A stretch of 63,888 nucleotides of DNA, counting the filler, from Syncephalis fuscata S228 (taxonomy: Eukaryota; Fungi; Zoopagomycota), in NCBI GenBank assembly GCA_025786725.1. It is 3 parts of 3 records of this genome, joined end to end, with 100 filler letters (N's around TTAATTAATTAA, not from the genome) between each part and the next. Parts side by side here need not be neighbours in the genome. Positions count along the whole stretch, not along the records: positions 26,271 to 44,907 come from JAHLTZ010000181.1; positions 45,008 to 63,888 come from JAHLTZ010000179.1; 1 more part is not named here. One strand, written 5' to 3'. The notes below the pieces were generated by a model, which was not told where the DNA came from, searched no databases, and saw only the letters and a list, made by a program, of their open reading frames with translations. Position 1 is the first letter of the stretch; the number at the start of each line of letters is the position of its first letter. Both the position numbers and the translations under genes were made by a program. Below are positions 37,961-48,990 of this stretch, piece after piece.

Positions 37961-38766
37961 CAATCATTAATTTTTCTCAATAATGCGACCGACAACTTTT
38001 TTGCATCCCCCCTGATTAACTATAGTAAGTATAATCGAATTGTTTATTTAGCTAACGTCCTTTATAGCTAGTTACAAGTAGAGATTTTATTAATATTTTT
38101 TTTTGATATAACATAAAATACCATAGAAATGTTTGAATAAGTGAAAGAATATATGTGAATAATGATATTGAAGTCAAATGGATATGACCAAATGAAACAA
38201 ATACAGTTAACAATAAATATTTTTTATAAATTTTGATTCAATTTATTTAGCCATATACATATTTAAATCCTATATTATTACCAACAATACTCATGCTCTT
38301 CCAGCTATTTAGTTTTATTTATAGATTTTATATTTTAAAAATAAGAAGAAAGTGACTTGAAAAACAAAAGTATCGACAATAAAGTAATGATTGTAGCAAT
38401 AAAATAATAATAATAAAAGTTGATCGATCAAATGATTGTATAACATAGAACAATTAGATAAATAACAAAGTAGTAAAAATAGTAAACAAAAATAAATAAA
38501 AGACTTAATTCTAAAGTTCAGTATATATATATATAACATATCATTAGTAAACTGACAAACCAATGATAGTCTACTTTATAAGACAAAGTCATAACAATAT
38601 CTAATAAGTAAATATCTTTACTTTAATTGCTTAATAGCATCAGTATCGAATTATATCATATATCCACAATAGTTCATGTTATTCATAGTGACACAACTAA
38701 TCTTGCTTCCCTTCACTTTCCACAGACCATGTACACTTCTTTGGAACAGTAATTCCTTGTAGCATC

Positions 38767-40227
38767 ATGTTTCAATTTCGCTTTCCTGACGATGAATCCG
38801 CGCAAAGCAGACCGCCAAAGCGTCGACTAGACCAAGCAGAGCTAAATGGGGATTCAGTCGAACTAGCCGATAGTATTAGCAATGACGACGGTGCTGTAAG
38901 TATGGCGGCTGCCACGACAGCACTTCCTGCAACCGCCAAAGACGAACCAACACCTACTCCTATCTCAGGGCTTCAGTTTGCATTTCCAGGTAAAGCGCTA
39001 CTGTTCGCACCAACTGGATACTTATAATATGATAGAGTCGCCACATAAAGTGTGTAATATCGTGAGCGTACATGTCTATGATTGTTGATAATAAATCTTT
39101 ATTTTAGATAAAACGAATTGATCGGAAATCAACTGTCGTGTCCACTGAAGATCCTGTTAGCCAGTCTTCAATTAGTTCGATGCATAATGATAGCGATGTT
39201 GAACAAACACCATGGCAGCCTGTAAGTGCCAATGTAATGCTAAATTACTAACTAATCTATAAATATGTGCATACCAGCCATCATGGTGGAGTAATGTATC
39301 ACCTAGTAAGCAAGCTCAGAAATTAATTGATGTTGTAAGTTGTCTGTATATTAGCTAATAAGTAGAGTATTGGTTGAGTAATTGTCAAATAAATAGGATG
39401 CCACTCAAGCCTGTTGCACGACACAGGATCTTCGTGAGGCATTTGCTGAAGCAGTATTAAATACAACTGATGATGTAGCACAGTCTGCAGACCATGATAT
39501 TGAACCATCGAAAACAACCAGTGATCTACTAGGGTCCATTCGTCTTCCAGATGACCAACCACCAGAGCAACAAGAGACAAGTACGGCTGGAATTCGCTTT
39601 GGCCTTTTTGGCAATGATAATCAGATGAGCCGGCTTGGTGGTGGTGGTGGTGTTGAGATATCACCAAGAAAAGGGAAATTGCCCTACGAACGGTAAATAC
39701 TACATATTCAACTCAATATTGACAGCCAATCTAATGCATAACAGTGGAGGTCGAGCAGAGTTACTGACACGTCTAACAATGCACGAAAAGACGGATTATG
39801 CACTTTGGCAGCATGCGCTCACTAAGAAAAGTAAGCACAGATAAATCGACTAAAACGAAGTAGTGCAAAATGCTAATACACGAATGTAGATATTAATGAA
39901 CGGCCAACTCCTGATATGGAGGCCACAGTAGCTGAAGTGCTACAGGCACGTCCTGGATTATTGTTATGCCGTTGTATTACTACGTCAATGGCATTACAGC
40001 GCGCAATTTCTGATAATTCCTTGGATGCAGGTCCCAGGCCACATTCTCACAGTGAAGCGAATGACGAAGCGACATTTTTTGCTTTACTATCAGACCCAAT
40101 GGTTAGTCGAGCCGGTCCAATTAAGCATACGCTTGAGGCGGCGCCTTTTAGTTCCAAATTGGTTTTCATCGTCCCTGGCTATACTCAGCAAAGAAAAAGG
40201 CAAAGAAAAAGCCACAGGCAAAGATAA
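38767..40227 (+). CDS. Hypothetical multi-exon protein, largely low-complexity; exon structure and 3' end uncertain
   Basis: GC-richer ORF blocks separated by GT-AG introns (e.g. donors at 38989 and 39693). No recognisable domain. Confidence 0.5.
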
Positions 40228-41036
40228 GTGATAGATAACTACCGCCTTATACACTTATACTGTTTTTATTTATTTAAAATTCATTTATTTGATATAAATT
40301 ATAGGTTTAATATTACCCATCATCATTGCTCAATATTTACGCCTTTATATTTATAGACTGTTATGCTAAAAGAATAAAATAAAATTAGGACAGAGCTGTC
40401 CAATGATTGGTCTAGTCTATCTGATGATCTGATAGTTCCCATTTTATTACCAATTTTGGATTAACTGGTAAATGCAAGCGTGTCAATTTACAAAAACACC
40501 GCAATTCTCCCCCGAAATCACCCGTAAGCCAAGCGAGGATCAGATATCGTTTGATGTACCTAGTACAAAATGCGATCGGTTAATGTCCATAGCAATAACA
40601 TCACAACACCATTGCTTAATTAATAAACAATAACGGTAATATTTTATACTTGCAATAGGCGGAATTCCTGCAGAGCATCTGCGCCTTGTCTATAATGACC
40701 ATTCTCTTAACTAGCAACCGCAAAATACTTGCTTGTTGCGTAGCGTCCCCTCGTGCGTATGCAACTGGATAGAATAATTGGTCTTCCGACCTTTCCCTGT
40801 TTCCTTCCCCGTCTCTTTTCTTTCTTTCTCATCCACTTACGACTGGCTATTGTGCCTCGCTTGTTGGCTATATAACTAGCTTGTTCATTACGATATTTTA
40901 CCATTTGAGATACGAATACCATACCCACTTTGTTAGTGACCACCACAATTATTTTTATTAATATTTATACGTGATTAAGTTCCTTGTATCCGACGGTGGT
41001 CGATAACTACATTAGTGTGTCTATCTAGTCTAAAAT

Positions 41037-42668
41037 ATGAGTCACGAAAACAACGAAGCGCAGAGGCGCGAGTCGGTGACGGCAGAAAGCCTTAAAGAAA
41101 AGACGGAGGATTTAGCCGTCGTGGACACTGTCTCTACCGACGCGGCTGATGAAAAACCACTTAAGTATCAAATTATCGCCCTTTTGTGTACTCTTTTACT
41201 TTCCAGTGGAAGCCATTTTGCCAATCAGGCGTTTAGCGCATCAAAAACATCAATGAAACAAGTAAGTAATATCACTGAGTATCGATCAATAGTGCAATGT
41301 TATTTACCTTCTGTATAGGATTTAGACATCACAAATGCAAATTATGGTGTTTTACAATCTTCAGTTTCTCTTGTTAATACATTTATTCCATTAATTGGAG
41401 GCGTGTTTATGGATCGTTTTGGCACCGCACTTGGCTCTATCATTTGTACCACTATGATTTTGCTGGGTAATATCATCGAGGCCATCTCGGCCAACACTAG
41501 TTCTTATGGGGCTATGATTGCCGGCCGTGTTATTTATGGGTAGGATTTGCACTTTATCAATAAATAATGCGCGACTAATAAGCTTTACAGCCTTGGTTCG
41601 GGTGCTGTGGTCATTGCACAGGAAACAATCCTAGCTCATTGGTTCCGTGGCAAAGCATTGGCTTTAGCTATTGGCCTGCAGATCTCAGTTTCTCGTCTGT
41701 CTAGCTTTTTGGCCCAGGGTGTAACTGAACCAATCCGAAACCATACCGGCTTTTGGGGCAATGTTTTTTGGGTATCGGCTGCCATTTGTGGTTTATCCTG
41801 GTTGCTTAACATTGCGTATATCTACGTGATGAAAGTCAGCGGTCTTCCACTTCGTCCAAATATGAGCAAGCATCAGTTTAATCCAAAAAGCGTTTTATAT
41901 TTCCCCACAGCGTATTGGTTTATGCCGCTCAATATATTCTTGTTTGGCGCAGTATGGACGCCCTTCCTTTCTATCGCTGCCGAATTTGTTAAGTTCCGCT
42001 TCCATAGCAGCGATGTGATTGCCGGTTGGCAATCTGCCGCTTCTCTTGCAATTCCTGTTGTTGTATCTCCATTTTCGGGTGCTATGCATGATCGATTTGG
42101 TTATCGTGGCCCGGTTCTAATTCTTTCCAGTATTCTATTGATTATTGGCATGGCGTTACTCGGCTTCACAATGGCAAATCCTGTCATTGGCTTAATACTT
42201 TTTTCGTTTAGTCTTACCTTGGGACCTGTTGCTAGTACATCGTCGATTCCATTGCTAATGCCTCGTTCATTGATTGGCACAGGCTTAGGCATCAACAAAT
42301 GTGCACTTAATTTCGGTGTCACCATTGTCAACATTATTGTTGGCCGTATTCAAGATGGTAATCATAACGACAGCTACGACGGTGTTACCGATGTACTTTT
42401 GGCAATTTCGTGCGCTACACTTGTTTCTTCAGTTGGATATTTCCTTGCCGATCGTATACTTCTTAAGGGATTATTTAATGCCAACTATCAAAAACGCCGT
42501 GAAATGCTTGAAGAGCGTAAAGAAATTGAAAACGAGGTTGAAGCTGGCAAAGGACGTAGAAACTTTATATCAGTAATTGGCAGCGTTTTTGTTGTTGTTA
42601 TTTGGATTATTAGCATTGTGCTCTACGGAGTCTATGCTGTCAAAGGAACAACTGGAGGCAAAAAATAA
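41037..42668 (+). CDS. MFS transporter, MFSD1-like (3 exons)
   Basis: About 12 TM helices; GGVFMDRFG, GRVIYG|LGSGA.VIAQETILAHWFRGKALALAIG, GAMHDRFGYR. Confidence 0.9.
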
Positions 42669-43121
42669 ACAATTGATGTTACGTGCTTAAGTATATTGCA
42701 ATGGTGCGTACCGTGCCAATGATTAATTAATGTTGGTTATTATGTTAATAGAAATCATTATACTTAATGCATCATTTAGTCACTTGTATTCCATTATTAT
42801 TATATACATTGGTTATTTTTGCTAATTAAACAACAATATTCTTTTTTTACAAATATTGGCATAGTGTATTTATTTACATCTGATAAAATTATACCCACAC
42901 CGCCCATTTAATATTGGTCATAAACTTTAATGTTAAAATAAAGTGATACACAGTAATACATTTATTAGTGCAAATAACATGGATATAAATAAATAAAACA
43001 ATGTTAACCAAATAAGCTATTAATAATGTTGTTAAAATGTATATATGTAGTTTTATTAAACACAAATAGTTACCAAACATTATTTATTATATACAATATT
43101 AACCATCTGCAACAAGTGTTA

Positions 43122-43764
43122 TTACTCGCTAGTTTGCTTGACGATTGTCACGGGACAGTCCATGTGCTGTATTAAATACTCGCTTACTGAGCCGAGTATT
43201 AATCTAGTCGTGGCATTAGTTATCATTGATAGCTAGCTGGATACAACGTCTTACTTAGTCAATCCTTGATGATTGCGTGAGCCAGCAATTAGTACGTCCA
43301 CTATTGGGTAGTTTTCATTCAAGTGCTTTTCAATGACTGATCCAACGTCACCGTAGGCTTCTACCGTCTCAACATTGTAGTTAACACGATTATCAAAACG
43401 AACTACAAAGTTGTGAATATTTGTGACGGTCGCTTTACTTTGTTCCTTTAAATCAACGTTACTTGCTTTATCCAAGTTATCTCTAATAAAAATGTTATTA
43501 TTGTACAGTTTATATTAAATTAGTACTTGCATGTAAGGCATGCTTGATGGCTTATTCAATGCCAAAGCATGAAGTACGACGAGACGATAAGGAACAGACA
43601 GTTTGCTACATAAATCAAATGCATAGTTGATTGCCTTGCCACTGCTATGGATCTGATCCACGGCAACAACCACAGTGTATTCTCTAATTAATCATGTATA
43701 TTATCATTATAAGTATTATAGGTCAGGTATACACACTAGTATATTACCTAGCTGTATAAGACAT
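43122..43764 (-). CDS. Universal stress protein (UspA domain; multi-exon with a very short first exon)
   Basis: YTVVVAVDQ.HSSGKAINYA, VLHA, GDVGSVI, DVLIAGSRNHQGLTK|LILGSVSEYLIQHMDCPVTIVK. Confidence 0.9.
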
Positions 43765-43950
43765 GACGGAAAGAAATGAACAAAAATTGAAAAGTATCAT
43801 TAATTGACTGATACATTTATGTCATAGCATTTATACAATTGTCAATCGGTATTGACTCATTAACAATTCGATCACCGTTTTAAATGTTGCAAAACGTGAG
43901 TCACTCAGCCTATTCACTTATTTCTTTAAACCTTGTAACCTTGTAGTGCT

Positions 43951-44907
43951 ATGGCACATCACAAAACAAATCAGCACTGGAGGCAATGGCTACTGGAGGA
44001 GCTTAGCTGTGCCATGGGCATTGGCAAAGATGATCTACAGGCCATGATTCCATATGTAATGTCGCTAGAGACCGAGAAAGAAGCACGCGATTATCTGGAG
44101 GTAAGACATGAATGGCTGGAATAGCTGAAATAGCTGGTCAATGCAACTAATGCATGTCTATGCAGGGATTGCTAGGAAATACTACGGCAGCGTGTGCGCT
44201 TGTTGACGAGTTTTTAGAAAGAAAACGGAATGCTGAACAAAGAACTACTCAAGGCGCGATCCCTAGCAAAAGTAAAGCATTGCAAGAACAACAGCAACCG
44301 TCAGAGAAAAAGACTAAAGACAAACAGGTAAATATTAATGGTTTTAGCCTATATAAATCTAACATAATTACATTAGGGACAGTCTAAGAAAGTAGGAAAA
44401 AAGTTAAACAATAACGTTATAGAACAGCTAGCACAGTCGTTCAATAGCGGTGGAAGTGTTTATCGTAAATCAGATAAGGATGATGTTTATATAGCTGGCG
44501 GTATGGCTCAAAGGTATGCTAAATGGCAGTTTATTATATGTAATTAAAAACATTAATACAATTTATAGTAAAGGAAGTAGTAGTAGTAGTAGTCAACGCA
44601 AAACAAAAGGTGCAGCTCCATTCGGTGGACAAAGTACACAACACCTAAATCAACTTCATCACCATCAAATACAACTGAAAATCAAGCAGGAACAAAGAAA
44701 AAGGAAAAGAAAGAAAGTGTAGAAAAAACGGGAAAAAAAGATAAAGCAAAAGCAGCACCTTCTAATCGCGTTGTATGTCATTGTATGGGTAAGTGATGTT
44801 ACTTATCAATATAATTGTTTATTAATAATAATAATTAGCTAAAGTGCACAGATTATTTACAAATTGTTTGAAATGTGGTAAAATTATTTGTACTACTGAA
44901 GGTCCTG
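43951..44907 (+). CDS. TRIP4: Activating signal cointegrator 1 / Rqt4-like C2HC5 zinc-finger protein, truncated at the spacer
   Basis: N-terminal PWI-like W..EELS....MIPYVMS....EARDYLE|GLLG; CHCMAKVH.LFTNCLKCGKIICTTEGP. Confidence 0.85.
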
Positions 44908-45007
44908 NNNNNNNNNNNNNNNNNNNNNNNNNNNNNNNNNNNNNNNNNNNNTTAATTAATTAANNNNNNNNNNNNNNNNNNNNNNNNNNNNNNNNNNNNN
45001 NNNNNNN
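44908..45007. other. Artificial contig spacer
   Basis: 44 N + TTAATTAATTAA + 44 N. Confidence 0.97.
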
Positions 45008-47933
45008 ATGATGGTATTAAGTTGTATAATAGCAATTGCTAACTGTTAGTATCAGTAGCTATATCATGCCAATGATGCACGCAGTATATTCAACACTAAC
45101 TGTCGACCAGCAACCAGTAATACACAATAGCAGATAGTACTAATGTAACCATATAATTAACTGATACCCATGTTATATGTCTATTAACCTATAGCCGGCT
45201 GTTATCGATACTGTGTCTTATTTGATTACTATATGGTCAGTTAATATAATGCTGGCTATCGAAATAATCAAATATCCATAATTTATTAATGTTGACGCGC
45301 AATTACTAGCATATTTGCTTAACAAAGCATTGATACAATATCATACTGGTTATTTTTAATTAGTTAATATAGCTAATTAGCGGGTATTAGTAGATAGTAT
45401 TCAGCCGGCTAGTTGGTAAACAACATGGATTAATAGCGTTTGGTTAGCTATATGCCAATAGCACTTGCTATTAATTTCTACTATTTTAAATAGATATTAA
45501 CAATATGATTTTGTCAATAGAATAATGTTAATTTTATAGTAATCATGAGCAATATTACAATGTTGTCATTGTCAGCTAACTAATATAACTGTCTATACGT
45601 TGATGACAACAGTAATTAAATGTTTTCATATTCACTACCGGCCATTGACACCTGCTTAATTGGTTATTAATGTTTATACATATTATACAATTATCCATAC
45701 TGGTAATGTAGCTGTTTATATATTATAATTAATACATATTCATTATATAGCGCTCTGTAATAACGTTCATTGGCACTATTCCAGTGTCAAAACTATTAAC
45801 TTCGTCATAACATCGTTGGAAACTTTAAATAGCTGTATTAGCTCAATATTAATCTGTACCAAAATATTTGCTGTGCACATGCACAATAGTCTTTTCGTAA
45901 TGCTCTATAGTCTGTAATACATTAATCAAATAATCTATGTCAAAGTATCACTATCATACCATATGCTAAATATACTCATACGTGTCTTGATTATTGCCAA
46001 GGTATGGTCTAATTTCACTGTCAACTTATTTATTGCATCATTTAATTAATTCACCATCACATTGGCTTTAATATTAAGAAGCTATATTAATCTTGTTATC
46101 TTCTTTTGAATATGCTTAATTCAACGGAACATATTACTTTGTTCTGTTTAATTATGAATCAACAACAGCTCACCAATACCACCGATTCCCAGTTGTAGAT
46201 TGCCAATAAGCAGTGCAAATCCATCAGATATATCGTCGACAATTACATGATCAATTACATTAAGTAGAACAGCAACATAATTGATCAGCTACTGGATACA
46301 ACGTAATACGCTGTGTGCATGTTACGTTAATCAATGCTGAAATGAAATGATACCCTTACGCATCAATGTCATAAATACTGACAATGGTTCTAAATAATTA
46401 CCACTCTGTGTATTAGTATAAGATGAACGGAAACAAAATAAATAGTAGCTACAAGGTAGTTAGCATTTCTCACGTGTATCCTCGATCTTAATAGCATCAG
46501 TCGTCAATGGATGTATACGGAATATCTAGTATTCAATGTACTTTAATTCTGATTAATTGTCTATTCTATATCATTACATTAACAAATACACATATTTCTG
46601 TATCAGTGGATGCAATGACATCTACTTGGAACAAAGCTTTACACAATAGATTGGTTGTCTAGTGTATATCCATTAATATATGGCTTCATTTTTTCAGAAG
46701 CAATACAGCTTTTCAATAATGCTGTCACCGCATATTTGAACTAATATCAACCGACATTGCTAAAGCAAAGCTGTTACACCGGTCCGCTGTACTTAATAGC
46801 GCTGAATCAAATTCAACATCCTCCAGTCATAAATCCAATTTTCAGTGCTTGTATACGAATTTAATTGAGCAGTGCTGCGTATTGTATAGAAGTGGTCGCT
46901 GATCTAGCCGTTATTGGCATATTACGCCATAAATAAGCTGACAGTCTGAATTAACCACCAGCAAAAGCTGTCGATTGAATAATCCTTGTAACTTCAAAAC
47001 AAACAAAACACGGATTTACCAGAATATACAATATACAATACAGTTTAATAATTTGTAGCGGCGTATAGCAATAGCTGACGGCGTAATAAAAAACTTATCT
47101 CAATTAACAAGCGTGTTTATATACGACAAAAGACTATGTAGCCGCTGCAACAAATGTAGCTTGCTATTTACGAATATTCAACAGCATAGAAGAAGGCCAT
47201 GCTGAATAGACTGAATGAAAGTAGAGATGAACGACAAGCGGCAGATCTTACAACAAATAAAGCTACTAACAAGTGAACCACTGTAACAAACTGCGCACGT
47301 TTATTAGAAAACAAAGCACTACGCAATAAGACGAGTAGACACGCTAAAGTGTATAGACAGGAAAGTAACTGCTGCAGTGTATATGGACCAATGAGAGATA
47401 AGAAAGGAATGAGCTGAGCTTTACAACCAATAGACCTAGCGCCAAATAAACAGCAGTTTTGAGTAGCGCATGGCTATCATATGACAGAACGATACAGAAC
47501 GAAACGAATATATAAAGTAAAAGTATGAATAGCAGTGGTATAGCTACTAAGCATATATGCATGAGTGAATGAGCGACATTAGTCGACATTTGTTAATAAT
47601 AACGCTAGAACAAAAATAATACCAGTTTTGGATAGAGCAAGGCTATACGAGTATAGAGTGATGTATAGAATGATAAATGTACGGTAAGAAAGCATGTAAA
47701 ACGATGTCAAACTATAGTGCATATAACGCAAGGACGGGAATGAGTAGAGTGTGCTGGTGTACTTAATGAACAGAATGTGTCCAGTATGTCGTAGAATGAT
47801 ACATAGAAGTGCGGAATAAAAGGGAGTGGTGTAGGTAGATAGAGATATATGCATACTGGATAATAAATCTATGATGATGGTATTTTGGACCCAGATGTCA
47901 GGTACTTTAATTTTATGTTCACTAAAAGGAATG

Positions 47934-48396
47934 AAAAGAGAGTGGAGTCAAAAGTGGTGGAAGTGAGTCCGACGGTTCAACCGTTCAATTGTTCAACGGT
48001 GGACTGGTGGTGGCAGAACGGTGGACTGGTGGTGGCAGAACGGTGAAATGGTGGTGGCAGAACGGTGGACTGATGGTGGCAGAACGGTGGACTGGTGGTG
48101 GCAGAACGGCGGCATTTCACCATTTCAGTCCACCGTTCTGCCACCACCATTTCACCGTTCTGCCACCACCAGTCCACCGTTCTGCCACCACCAGTCCACC
48201 GTTCTGCCACCACCATTTCACCGTTCTGCCACCACCAGTCCACCGTTCTGCCACCACCAGTCCACCGTTCTGCCACCACCATTTCACCATTTTGCCACCA
48301 CCATTTCACCATTTTGCCACCACCATTTTACCGTTGAACAATTGAACGGTTGAACCGTCGGACTCACTTCCACCACTTTTGACTCCACTCTCTTTT
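47934..48396. mobile_element. Foldback-like element: about 65-bp GC-rich terminal inverted repeats enclosing oppositely oriented arrays of a 22-bp unit
   Basis: Terminus GAGAGTGGAGTCAAAAGTGGTGGAAGTGAGTCCGACGGTTCAACCGTTCAATTGTTCAACGGT. Units CACCGTTCTGCCACCACCA(GTC/TTT): about 5 on the left, about 9 on the right, orientation flips near 48110-48125. Confidence 0.6.
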
Positions 48397-48990
48397 CATT
48401 CCTTTTAGTGAACATAAAATTAAAGTACCTGACATCTGGGTCCAAAATACCATCATCATAGATTTATTATCCAGTATGCATATATCTCTATCTACCTACA
48501 CCACTCCCTTTTATTCCGCACTTCTATGTATCATTCTACGACATACTGGACACATTCTGTTCATTAAGTACACCAGCACACTCTACTCATTCCCGTCCTT
48601 GCGTTATATGCACTATAGTTTGACATCGTTTTACATGCTTTCTTACCGTACATTTATCATTCTATACATCACTCTATACTCGTATAGCCTTGCTCTATCC
48701 AAAACTGGTATTATTTTTGTTCTAGCGTTATTATTAACAAATGTCGACTAATGTCGCTCATTCACTCATGCATATATGCTTAGTAGCTATACCACTGCTA
48801 TTCATACTTTTACTTTATATATTCGTTTCGTTCTGTATCGTTCTGTCATATGATAGCCATGCGCTACTCAAAACTGCTGTTTATTTGGCGCTAGGTCTAT
48901 TGGTTGTAAAGCTCAGCTCATTCCTTTCTTATCTCTCATTGGTCCATATACACTGCAGCAGTTACTTTCCTGTCTATACACTTTAGCGTG
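48397..48990 (+). mobile_element. Diverged copy of the long-TIR repeat family (mirrored at 47340-47933)
   Basis: GTGAACAT...GGGTCCAAAATAC.ATCATCATAGATTTATTATCCAGTATGCAT and the downstream body align with 780-1250 and the reverse complement of 31000-31440. Confidence 0.7.

Noticed and set aside
47996-48335. CRISPR array, or real proteins from the repetitive W/H/P-rich ORFs
   Set aside because: Units are contiguous without unique spacers, the context is eukaryotic with no cas genes, and the ORFs are by-products of a stop-free 22-bp repeat.
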